Shown here: positions 26,910 through 36,078 of the stretch, one piece after another | Numbering within the stretch: the stretch's first letter is position 1 | Layout: each line of letters begins with the position of its first letter | Virus record (IMG/VR): IMGVR_UViG_3300035227_000232 | Coordinates: 1-64,000 of that record | Strand: one strand, 5' to 3' | Source: a virus | Taxonomy: Duplodnaviria > Caudoviricetes | DNA length: 64,000 bases | Notes under the pieces: model-generated | The model's database searches: none | What the model saw: the letters and a program-made list of their open reading frames with translations, nothing else | Told to the model about the DNA's origin: nothing | Position numbers and translations under genes: made by a program

Positions 26910-27622
26910 ACCAGCAGCAAAAATGTGTGGTAGAATTAAGACCCTTCCCCATGTGGGGCCCACACTTGGTCGGCAAGGCTGACGAAGGCGAAGATGATTT
27001 TGTTATAGACTTTTTTAATGGAGAGAAAGGACTTACGGTCGTTGATGTCGGCGCAGCAGATGGAGTTACTGGTAGCAATTCTTTTCGATTGATTACTGAG
27101 TACGGGTGGACAGGTTTGTTAATTGAGCCTCACCCAGCATTTACTAGATATCTGAAAAAGTTATACAAAATGTTTCCCTGTAATGTTTCTATCCTCGAGG
27201 TGGCCATAGACAAAGAAGACGGAGAAAAAACTTTCCACTTCCCTCCAATGCACGCGCATGGGATGGGAACCATTTCGGAGGAATTTAGATATGAAGCACA
27301 GAAAGAATCATTTGAGTGTCCAAAAACTGGATTAAAAGGAGAAACCGCTGTGAAAACTCTTACTCTCAATAGCGTGCTGGAAAATTCTGAATTAGAGATA
27401 GACGAAATAGATTTTCTTTCCATCGACACAGAAGGACATGACTTGGTTGTGTTGGAATCTTTAGATTTCGAAAAATATTCTCCCAAAATCATCTGTATCG
27501 AACAATACATAAGCAAGGTTAAAGGAGAAGCTGAAAGGTGGACCGAAAGACTCCGCTTGAAAATGAAAAATTTAGGCTACTTTAATATAAAAAAAACGCA
27601 TTCTAATCTACTCTTCTCATGA
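26906..27622 (+). CDS. FkbM-family methyltransferase
   Basis: VDVGAADG, LIEPHP and SIDTEGHD motifs; start trimmed to ATG 26906. Confidence 0.8.
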   Translation: MNQQQKCVVELRPFPMWGPHLVGKADEGEDDFVIDFFNGEKGLTVVDVGAADGVTGSNSFRLITEYGWTGLLIEPHPAFTRYLKKLYKMFPCNVSILEVAIDKEDGEKTFHFPPMHAHGMGTISEEFRYEAQKESFECPKTGLKGETAVKTLTLNSVLENSELEIDEIDFLSIDTEGHDLVVLESLDFEKYSPKIICIEQYISKVKGEAERWTERLRLKMKNLGYFNIKKTHSNLLFS

Positions 27623-28671
27623 AAAAAGTTTTGGTAACTGGAATACTGGGGCAAGACGGTGCTAATATGGCCGAGTACTTACTTGCAAAAGACGAGCCTA
27701 TTAAGGTGTATGGTATGATGCGGAGAACAGCTACTCCTAATTTTATTAATGCTATTGCCTTTAAGGACCATGAAGATTTCAAATTGGTTTACGGAGACCT
27801 TGCTGACGAAGTGAGTATTAATAATTTGGTTAAGTCAATTCAACCAGACTATTTTGTAAACTTCGGAGCGAACAGCTTTGTCGGTTGCAGTTGGGACATG
27901 CCAATACAGGTTTTTGATGTAAACGCTTTAGGAGTAATAAGGTGTCTCGAAGCTATAAGAAAACACTACCCTCCTTGTAAGTTTTACAGTGCTGGGAGCA
28001 GTGAGGAAATGGGTGATGTAGAATATTCTCCTCAAGATTTGGAACACCCAATCAAACCGAGAAGTCCATACTCCGCATCGAAAGCAGCAGCACGACACAT
28101 CGTTAAGGTCTATAGAGAGTCTTATAATATGTTTGCTGTCCACGGAGTCCTGTTTAATCACGAAGGAACGAAACGCGGTGAAGAGTTTGTCACCAGAAAG
28201 ATAACTAAAGGGGTTGCTAGAATCCATAAAGCCATTAAGGACGGAGAGGACTTTGACCCCATTGAGTTGGGCAACCTCGACGCAAGGAGAGATTGGAGTG
28301 ACTCTGAAGACTTCGTAGATGGCGTATGGCTAATGCTGAATCAAGAGGAGCCTAAAGACTATATCTTGGCCAGCGGAGTATCCTACAGCATAAAAGATTT
28401 TGTAGAAAGAGCCTTCAAACACGCTGATCTCGCAGGAAGCTGGATTGAAAATGAAGGTGACCCATTGTCTACTAAATATGTTCTAAACCTCCATGACTAC
28501 AAGGTTGCAGTGAAAGTAAACGAGGAATACTATAGGCCAGCGGAAGTATCGAGCCTCACGGGAGATGGCAGTTTAGCAGTCACTGAATTAGGATGGAGCC
28601 CGAAAGTCACATTTGACATGCTCGTAGAGAAGATGGTAAAATGGGACCTTGACGAAGAAAGAAATACATAA
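27619..28671 (+). CDS. gmd: GDP-mannose 4,6-dehydratase
   Basis: TGILGQDG, SSEEMG, PRSPYSASK, LFNHEG, FVTRKIT and LGNLDARRDW motifs. Confidence 0.93.
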   Translation: MKKVLVTGILGQDGANMAEYLLAKDEPIKVYGMMRRTATPNFINAIAFKDHEDFKLVYGDLADEVSINNLVKSIQPDYFVNFGANSFVGCSWDMPIQVFDVNALGVIRCLEAIRKHYPPCKFYSAGSSEEMGDVEYSPQDLEHPIKPRSPYSASKAAARHIVKVYRESYNMFAVHGVLFNHEGTKRGEEFVTRKITKGVARIHKAIKDGEDFDPIELGNLDARRDWSDSEDFVDGVWLMLNQEEPKDYILASGVSYSIKDFVERAFKHADLAGSWIENEGDPLSTKYVLNLHDYKVAVKVNEEYYRPAEVSSLTGDGSLAVTELGWSPKVTFDMLVEKMVKWDLDEERNT

Positions 28672-29044
28672 GAACTGCCTCTTCTTGATTAAGAAGTTTT
28701 GCCGAAGCCCCACTCAACTAAGCAAGGATAATCTCTACGGCAGAGAAATCAAAACTGCCAAACAGCTTTTAGACTTGTACCCCGTCTCTTTTTGGGAAAG
28801 GCTCGGCTTGCCTTTTCAGGTTAGTAGCTTGATGTGGTTCCTTTCAAAGAAAGGGAAAGCTCTCCTTCAGATAGAAGACATGAAGACTGGGCTTAAGACT
28901 CCAGAGATAAAAGAGCATGAATTGGCTGAAGAAAATTTCGGCGAAGATGTAGAATTCGAAAAAAATACAAAACCTAAATCAATATTAGATTTTTTAAGGA
29001 CAGACTATGGCGAAAGTAAAACAAGCACCGAAGAAGGAAGTTAA
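28649..29044 (+). CDS. Hypothetical protein
   Basis: ORF track; overlaps neighbours. Confidence 0.6.
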   Translation: MTKKEIHKNCLFLIKKFCRSPTQLSKDNLYGREIKTAKQLLDLYPVSFWERLGLPFQVSSLMWFLSKKGKALLQIEDMKTGLKTPEIKEHELAEENFGEDVEFEKNTKPKSILDFLRTDYGESKTSTEEGS

Positions 29045-30143
29045 TTACAGTAGTTTAATTAATTCTTTCCTGAAGGGAAGCGAATATAAAAATTATCACT
29101 TTGCGTTCGAGAAACCAATCGACTACAAGGTCTCGACAGGGAGTCTATTATTCGACCTAGCAACAGACGGTGGGTTTGGCCCCGGCTTAATAAGATTTAT
29201 TGGGCAATTTTCGGGAGGCAAAACTTCCGAGTGTCTAGAGGTAGCAAAGAATTTTCAAAAGACAGTACCCAAACCATTCGTGCTCTACATCAATGCCGAA
29301 GGAAGATTAAATCATGAGATGCTTGAGAAATCAGGGATCGATTACAATGATGAGACTAAATTTAAAGTCTTACCGACTAACACTCTCCATGTATGTTTCG
29401 ATACTATCAGAAAATGCATAATGGAAAATATGGCCTTACCAGAAAACGAAAGGTCGCAGTTCTTGTTTGTAATTGACTCTATGGATGCTCTTTCTTCAGC
29501 AGCAGACCAAGATAAAAATGCGAAAGAGGCAACAAGGGTTGCGGGAGGGGCGGTGGTTACCAGTCAATTCCTTAAAACGATGGGGCTCGTAATTAACATA
29601 CAAGGGCATATGTGTATTTGTATTAGCCAACGTCGAGACACTATACAGGCATCTCAATATGCGCCGAGGTCTTTCAAAAGTCATAGTGGCTCTGGTGGCC
29701 ACGCTTTAGACCATCATGCTAATTGGATTTTTGAATTCGAAGGTAGATACAAGAAGGATAAGATTTTAAAGAATGAAGGAAGTGCATATGACGACGATAA
29801 GAATCCAGCAATAGGGCACTTTTGCAAAATGAGAATCAAGAAATCCCCTAATGATAAGAATGATATACTGGTTTCTTACCCGATAAGATACGGAAGAAGC
29901 GGAGACGGAAACATCTGGGTTTCTAAAGAACTCGTAGAAATGATGGAAAAGACCGGATGGTACGAACAAAAAGGAGCTTGGATTAATTTCGCGGAAAGTA
30001 TTACAGAAGAGTGTAAATCAGAAGGAATAGAATTACCCGAGAAAGTGCAAGGGCAAAAAGCTCTTTTCCAATTCATTGAAGAGAACGAGAAATTCAGGCA
30101 GTTCGCTTACAGCAGATTCAAAGAAGTGTTCTCTGGAGTTTAA
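29007..30143 (+). CDS. RecA/UvsX-like recombinase
   Basis: STGSLLFDLATDGG, Walker A GQFSGGKT, Walker B FVIDS, SGSGGHALDH and GAW near the C-terminus. Confidence 0.85.
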   Translation: MAKVKQAPKKEVNYSSLINSFLKGSEYKNYHFAFEKPIDYKVSTGSLLFDLATDGGFGPGLIRFIGQFSGGKTSECLEVAKNFQKTVPKPFVLYINAEGRLNHEMLEKSGIDYNDETKFKVLPTNTLHVCFDTIRKCIMENMALPENERSQFLFVIDSMDALSSAADQDKNAKEATRVAGGAVVTSQFLKTMGLVINIQGHMCICISQRRDTIQASQYAPRSFKSHSGSGGHALDHHANWIFEFEGRYKKDKILKNEGSAYDDDKNPAIGHFCKMRIKKSPNDKNDILVSYPIRYGRSGDGNIWVSKELVEMMEKTGWYEQKGAWINFAESITEECKSEGIELPEKVQGQKALFQFIEENEKFRQFAYSRFKEVFSGV

Positions 30144-30164
30144 GTATGGGAAGACTAAATTGGG

Positions 30165-30578
30165 ATGAGGCTCTTTGATATCAAGGGTAGATTAAGATTT
30201 AAAAACGTGAGCAAAAAGCTCATCAGTTGGAATAAAAAAAGTAGATCAAAATTACAAAAAAAAGTTAAAGATTTCCTCAAACCTTACTGGAAGAGCCACA
30301 TTTGCTACGAAGAGTTTCCTGTATACGGAACCAGAATGTCTGTGGATTTACTAAACGCAACGAGGAAAATCGCCATAGAAGTCAACGGAGAGCAACACGA
30401 AAAATATAATAAGTTTTTCCATAAAAATCGTCTAAACTATTACTATAGTATCAAGAGAGACTTTGATAAGAAAAAATGGTTAGAAATGAACGAGTATACA
30501 GTTATTGAGATTAATCACGATGAAATAGACCAACTTAGTGAGGAATTCTTCCTCTCTAAATTTAACATTAGACTTTAA
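30165..30578 (+). CDS. DUF559/Vsr-like endonuclease
   Basis: EEFPV...VDLL...IAIEVNGEQH...RDFDKKKWL pattern. Confidence 0.75.
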   Translation: MRLFDIKGRLRFKNVSKKLISWNKKSRSKLQKKVKDFLKPYWKSHICYEEFPVYGTRMSVDLLNATRKIAIEVNGEQHEKYNKFFHKNRLNYYYSIKRDFDKKKWLEMNEYTVIEINHDEIDQLSEEFFLSKFNIRL

Positions 30579-30633
30579 TCTCTGTGTAATATATAATGTG
30601 AATTACGAAGAATACCTTAAAGGAGGAGGAAAA

Positions 30634-31851
30634 ATGCCAGAAGCAGAAAGCACACCACCAGAGAACCAAACGCCAGAAGAAGAGAACGGTAAGATAGAAC
30701 AAGCGGATGGTTCCATCGAAGACCTTGGGCTTGAACTACCAGATATTCCGCTTCCTATGACTGAGCCTGACAGGGCAGTCATAGAGGATGCATTTAAAGG
30801 GAAGTCAGCATTTCGTTTAGCTATCGTCGGAGTCGGCCAAGGTGGTTCTAGGATAGCTGAAGCCTTTTGGAATCTCGGGTACAGGAGGGTTTGTATTCTT
30901 AACACAGCTAAACAAGATTTAGCCAGTGTTGATGTGCCAGAAGACAATAAACTCCTTGTCGGGGATAGTGGCGGTGCTGGAAAAGACCCTGATAAGGCTA
31001 GGGCAGTGTTCGAGCGCAATTATGAAGACATCCTTGATTTTCTCCGACGATCTTTCGAAGGAGGATTCGACAGGGTTATTGTGTGTGCTGGTGCTGGAGG
31101 AGGAACCGGAGCAGGAGGCGTCGAAGTAATAGTGAATGTCTGTCATGACTTGTGTCAATCTCTTGGAATAGAGAGAGGCTCTAGCTTCAGTTCTCAAGTA
31201 GGTGCTGTTGTTGCCCTACCTACAAGAGCAGAAGGTCAAAAAGTCCAAAGCAACGCTGAAAGTACATGCTCTTCACTCATTAGGATGAGCAAAGAAAATA
31301 AACTTTCTCCTATGGTCCTTTTAGACAACGAAAAAATTAAACAAATTTATCCGGGGCTATCCATCAGTAAATTTTGGAAAACCGCGAATAACAGTATCGT
31401 CTCGTTGCTCCATGTTTTCAATAGGATTAGCGCACAAGATAGTGAATTCACATCTTTTGACAGGGCAGACTTGGATACAGTCTTTGCATCAGGGATTATT
31501 ACTTTCGGTGCAACACCGATTGACCCTGAAAAAATCAATGAAACGGCCATTAGCCATGCCATCAGGGATAATTTAAGGAATAGCATATTAGCTGGAGTTG
31601 ACCTTTCCACTGGGAATATCGCAGCAGCAGTTCTGATAGGCCATAAAGATTATCTTGACGAGATACCACAGGAAAGTATAGAACACGGGTTCGAACAGTT
31701 AACAAGACAGCTAGGAGAGGGCTCAACAGTACATCGAGGTATTTACCCGAGCAATCAGAAGACGTTAGCCGTGTATACAGTTATAGGTGGGTTACAGCCA
31801 CCAGAAGAATTATTTTCATACTTCTTCAAAACGGACAGACGTTATAAGTAA
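30634..31851 (+). CDS. Tubulin/FtsZ-superfamily GTPase
   Basis: GVGQGGSRIA (T1), GAGKDP, GAGGGTGAGG (signature), LPTRAEG and FDRADL (T7-like); AGGAGG RBS before ATG 30634. Confidence 0.88.
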   Translation: MPEAESTPPENQTPEEENGKIEQADGSIEDLGLELPDIPLPMTEPDRAVIEDAFKGKSAFRLAIVGVGQGGSRIAEAFWNLGYRRVCILNTAKQDLASVDVPEDNKLLVGDSGGAGKDPDKARAVFERNYEDILDFLRRSFEGGFDRVIVCAGAGGGTGAGGVEVIVNVCHDLCQSLGIERGSSFSSQVGAVVALPTRAEGQKVQSNAESTCSSLIRMSKENKLSPMVLLDNEKIKQIYPGLSISKFWKTANNSIVSLLHVFNRISAQDSEFTSFDRADLDTVFASGIITFGATPIDPEKINETAISHAIRDNLRNSILAGVDLSTGNIAAAVLIGHKDYLDEIPQESIEHGFEQLTRQLGEGSTVHRGIYPSNQKTLAVYTVIGGLQPPEELFSYFFKTDRRYK

Positions 31852-31883
31852 GAGCCTTCTTTCCCTAGAGGAAAGAGGATGAA

Positions 31884-33416
31884 ATGCAAGAAAGTATTAG
31901 GAACGAAATAAGTTCCATAACTAGGTCACCTGAAGTCGAACGGAATTTACTCCGTGGCCTAATCAAACACCCAGACGTATTCCCTACGGTAGATTTAGTA
32001 TTGCAGGAGTGCGACTTCTCTAGCGATGTCCACTACACTCTATACTGTATAGTAAAAGATTGTCGCCTGAACAAAGAGGAGATCGATCCAATAATGCTCG
32101 CTCACCGTGTGCAAAGTTTGGGGATCACCTTCGAAGATCAAGCTATAGACATCTTTGACTATATAGAAAACATTTGCTACAAGCACGTCTCTTCAGAAGC
32201 GACACTTCAGTATGCCCAATCGCTCATAGACATGAGAGTGAGAAGAACTGTAATTGGTCAATGTGAAAGGGCCATTTCTTTTACTAAAAAAAGTGGCGGT
32301 ATAAAATTCGATGAGTATAGGTCAGAGGTAGATAAAATCCTGTATGGAGAGATGATGGAGTTCGAGAAAGATGACGGTCCCAAAAATGTCTTTGATGGAG
32401 CCGAAGAATCAATTGAGGAAAAAGCGAAAAAGGAAAACCAAATGGAAGACGTAGGCTTAGCTACACCGTTCGAAGAGTTCAATAATTTTTATGGAGGGCT
32501 CGAGCCCGGAAACGTATATGGAGTTGTCGCAAGACCCGGACAAGGGAAAACGACTTTTCTTAACTACATGGCAATGTATACATCTCAAATAAACAACGTC
32601 CCTGCCCTCATGCTGGACACGGAGATGACTTACGAAGAAATTCAAGAGAGAATTGTGGCTTCTATGTCGGGAGTTCCTCTTTGGCATATTAAAACGGGTA
32701 ACTGGAGAAGAAATGAAGAGATGTCCAAAAATATTCGTGACGTTTGGGCCAAGATAAAAAACCTTAAGTATGACCATATGCACGTAGGGAATAAAGATAT
32801 AGATGAACTTGTCTCAATAGCTCGTCGTTGGCATTTTTCTGAGGTCGGAAGGGATAAACCCTCCATAATATGCCTAGACTATATAAAGCTCACCGGAGAA
32901 AAAGTAGGACAAAACTGGGCTGAGTATCAAGCGATAGGAGAAAAAGTAGATAAGATCAAAAGACTCGCTATAGAACTGAATTGCCCCATCTTTACCGCGA
33001 TGCAAATGAATCGTAGTGGAGAAAGCTTCAACAGGAACTCTGGGCAAGTGACTGATGATGCATCCGTTATAGCTATCTCTGATAGATTTACTTGGTTCGC
33101 TTCTAATGTGTTTCTTTTCCGACAAAAGACAGCAGACGAGAGGGCTTTAGATGGAGAAAGGTGGGGTACTCATAAATTGATTCCAGTGAAGACAAGGATA
33201 CAAGGTAAAATGGCTTATGGTCATAGCCCTTATTTGGACAGACCAATGCCTCCAGACGGAGAAAATAAACCATGCCCATTCTATCTTAATTTTGACATAG
33301 ATAATTTCAGAGTTACCGAAAGGGGCTCTCTTAGGCATGTAATTGAGGAGGCTAGGGAAAACTATCAGCTAAACGATAATCAAAACAATGAAGAAAGAAG
33401 TAACGTCTCGGTATGA
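31884..33416 (+). CDS. dnaB: Replicative DnaB-type helicase
   Basis: ARPGQGKTT, DTEM, ICLDYI and QMNRSG motifs. Confidence 0.9.
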   Translation: MQESIRNEISSITRSPEVERNLLRGLIKHPDVFPTVDLVLQECDFSSDVHYTLYCIVKDCRLNKEEIDPIMLAHRVQSLGITFEDQAIDIFDYIENICYKHVSSEATLQYAQSLIDMRVRRTVIGQCERAISFTKKSGGIKFDEYRSEVDKILYGEMMEFEKDDGPKNVFDGAEESIEEKAKKENQMEDVGLATPFEEFNNFYGGLEPGNVYGVVARPGQGKTTFLNYMAMYTSQINNVPALMLDTEMTYEEIQERIVASMSGVPLWHIKTGNWRRNEEMSKNIRDVWAKIKNLKYDHMHVGNKDIDELVSIARRWHFSEVGRDKPSIICLDYIKLTGEKVGQNWAEYQAIGEKVDKIKRLAIELNCPIFTAMQMNRSGESFNRNSGQVTDDASVIAISDRFTWFASNVFLFRQKTADERALDGERWGTHKLIPVKTRIQGKMAYGHSPYLDRPMPPDGENKPCPFYLNFDIDNFRVTERGSLRHVIEEARENYQLNDNQNNEERSNVSV

Positions 33417-34321
33417 ACGAAAGTGTCTACGAAATTTTAACTTCAATCGGTTATACCCTTACCGATAGCGGTCAAGAATATCGCACCACGCCATTATATC
33501 GTGACTCAGATAATGAGAGCATCCTTTCCATAAGGAAAAAAGATGGGGCTTGGTTCGACTTTAAGGAACAGATAGGCGGAGACCTAGAAAAGTTAGTACA
33601 GATAACTCTTAAATTAAGTAGCCCGGAAGACGTAAGAAAAGCCCTCGGAAATAAATACCGCTTGATAGAGAAGGCAGAAGGCCAAAAGCTCCTGCTTAAG
33701 ACCCAGAAGAAATACCCTAAGGAGATGTTAGACCGCCTAATAAAAAGACACAAATACTGGGAACTGAAGGGGATTAGTGAAGAAACAGTTTCACTCTTCC
33801 GAGGAGGGATAGCCTATAAAGGACAAATGGCTAGCAGATACGTTTTCCCTATCTTCAATATGAGAGAAGACGTCGTCGGTTTTTGCGGAAGAGATTTGCT
33901 AAAAATTGAGAACTCTCAAAGACCAAAATGGAAAATAATAGGCGAAAAAAAACAATGGATGCATCCCTTCTTCTTCAATCACGAGATAATAAAGGATAAA
34001 AAAGAAGTCATAATTGTAGAGGGGATCGGAGACATGATGGCTCTCTGGGATTGCGACATTAAGAATACCTTATGCGTGTTTGGAGTAGGAGGATCGAGCG
34101 GTATCGTAAAAGCTCTCTTGAAGTGCGAGCCAGAAAGTATCATAATATCTTTAGACAACGACTCAGACTCTGGAGGAGCCGGAAATCGCGGAGCGAAAAG
34201 ATTACGGAATGGGCTTTGTAAACTCTTCTCTCCTAGTAATATTAAGGTTAGGCTTCCTTCTAGGAATGACTTCGGGGACATGTCGAAGCCTGAAATAAAG
34301 GAATGGTATGCACAAATTTAA
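33413..34321 (+). CDS. DnaG-type primase (TOPRIM)
   Basis: YVFPIFN...VVGFCGR, VIIVEGIGD and SLDND motifs. Confidence 0.85.
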   Translation: MNESVYEILTSIGYTLTDSGQEYRTTPLYRDSDNESILSIRKKDGAWFDFKEQIGGDLEKLVQITLKLSSPEDVRKALGNKYRLIEKAEGQKLLLKTQKKYPKEMLDRLIKRHKYWELKGISEETVSLFRGGIAYKGQMASRYVFPIFNMREDVVGFCGRDLLKIENSQRPKWKIIGEKKQWMHPFFFNHEIIKDKKEVIIVEGIGDMMALWDCDIKNTLCVFGVGGSSGIVKALLKCEPESIIISLDNDSDSGGAGNRGAKRLRNGLCKLFSPSNIKVRLPSRNDFGDMSKPEIKEWYAQI

Positions 34322-34345
34322 ACTTAGAAGAGTCTGGAGATAATT

Positions 34346-35299
34346 TTGAAAAAGGTAAGAGATAACAATACATTATACTTGTCTGCCTCGAGGATAAAAA
34401 CCTTGGAGACATGTTCTTGGCTTTTTTGGACAAAGTATTTTCTAAAAATGCCCGACACAACCAATGACGGGGCCATAAGAGGAACTGTCTGCCATCTAGT
34501 CTTTGAGATGTTGCTCCATGAAAAACATAGGCGTCACTACGATTTAATTTTATTAAACGATGGGATACAAGGAAGTGCTGCTGTTAATAGATTGGTGATT
34601 AAGAAGCTTAATGAGTATGAAGCATTCACCCAAGAAAACTATGATATGTGCAGCGATATGATAACCCTTGGACTAGGCCAAGACTTCTTTGGCGAGGGCG
34701 GAGAACTATCTGAACCAGAAATTAAATTCGAACTAACGAAGAGAAGCCCCAAATACAAAGCATTAGGATTCATTGATAAAATTACTAGATACGAAGAAGA
34801 AGGTGTCGTAAAAATCACTGACTATAAATCTAGTAAGAATAAATTTAGAGGAGAAGAACTCACTACTAATGTCCAAGCAATGATGTATTCATTGGCCAGC
34901 AAAAAATTGTGGCCAAAGCTAAAGCCTGTCGTCGAATTCTTGTTCCTTCGTTTCCCGAGGAGCCCAATTCAACGACTCGAATACACGAATGCTCAACTAA
35001 AAGGCTTCGAGCATTATCTCTCTCATATCTACGACCTAATGGTTAATTTCACTGAGAACGATGCCAAGAGTAATTACGCTTACAACAACAAGAAGAATAA
35101 GTGGCTATGTGCTGCTGGTAAAACTTGGGTTTGTCCCATGAGGGACCCATTTACTTATTACGTGATAAGAAATAAAGAAGGCAAGATTAAGAAAAGTTCA
35201 TTCAGTAAAGATGAATTAAAGCCTGATAAAAAAGAAGATATAGAAAAAATAGAATATGATGGTTGCCCCAAGTTTCACGGCGAGAACAAGCTCTTATGA
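34346..35299 (+). CDS. PD-(D/E)XK exonuclease, Cas4/AddB-like
   Basis: LSASRIKTLETC, GTVCH, GFIDKI, TDYKS and QAMMY motifs; C-terminal Cys cluster. Confidence 0.85.
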   Translation: MKKVRDNNTLYLSASRIKTLETCSWLFWTKYFLKMPDTTNDGAIRGTVCHLVFEMLLHEKHRRHYDLILLNDGIQGSAAVNRLVIKKLNEYEAFTQENYDMCSDMITLGLGQDFFGEGGELSEPEIKFELTKRSPKYKALGFIDKITRYEEEGVVKITDYKSSKNKFRGEELTTNVQAMMYSLASKKLWPKLKPVVEFLFLRFPRSPIQRLEYTNAQLKGFEHYLSHIYDLMVNFTENDAKSNYAYNNKKNKWLCAAGKTWVCPMRDPFTYYVIRNKEGKIKKSSFSKDELKPDKKEDIEKIEYDGCPKFHGENKLL

Positions 35300-36078
35300 G
35301 TAATAAAACGATCCCATTATTCAAAAGCCACTACAGCCTTGGGAAGAGCATCCTAACTCTCTCCGACGAGGACGATCCTTCTGGTCCTGACTCTATCATA
35401 GGAATTTGTAAAAATCATAATCTCAGTCAAATGTTTCTAGTGGAAGACTCCATGAGTGGTTTCCTCGAGGCTTATACGAATTCTGAAAAAAACAAAATCC
35501 AATTAATATACGGGATACGTTTAACAATTTGCAGGGACATGGAGAAAAAGAATGAGCAGTCCTTATCCGAGGAAAGCAAATATATCATTTTCGCCAAAAA
35601 CAAAAACGGATACAAAAAGCTTATAAAAATTTATTCAGAAGCAGCTACGGAAGGCTTTTACTACGTCCCTCGTTTCGACTTCGATAGGCTCAAAGAAAAC
35701 TGGGATGATAAGAGTTTAGAACTATGTGTTCCATTCTACGATTCTTTCTTATTTAAGAACTGCCTTCTATCTAAAAGGGTATTACCCAATGTGGATTTTA
35801 CCGAGATGACCTTCTTCGAAGAAGAAAATAATCTCCCTTTCGATGGCTTACTAAGAAGAAGGTTGAGGGATTATACTGACGATGGGAAAAAATATAATTC
35901 AATCCCCGTGCAAACAATTTATTATAAAGGGAGAGAAGATTTTCTTGCTTACCTTACCCATCGTTGCATTAACAAAAGGAGTACCTTAAACAAACCTAAC
36001 TTAGACCACATGCACTCTAGGGAATTCTGTTTTGAAAGCTGGCTTGAAGGAGAAGGAGGCAAGTTATGTGCGGAATAG
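35296..36078 (+). CDS. Stand-alone PHP domain of DNA polymerase III alpha
   Basis: KSHYSL, LIYG, IFAKNKNGYKKLIKI and YVPRFD pattern of the DnaE N-terminus. Confidence 0.8.
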   Translation: MSNKTIPLFKSHYSLGKSILTLSDEDDPSGPDSIIGICKNHNLSQMFLVEDSMSGFLEAYTNSEKNKIQLIYGIRLTICRDMEKKNEQSLSEESKYIIFAKNKNGYKKLIKIYSEAATEGFYYVPRFDFDRLKENWDDKSLELCVPFYDSFLFKNCLLSKRVLPNVDFTEMTFFEEENNLPFDGLLRRRLRDYTDDGKKYNSIPVQTIYYKGREDFLAYLTHRCINKRSTLNKPNLDHMHSREFCFESWLEGEGGKLCAE

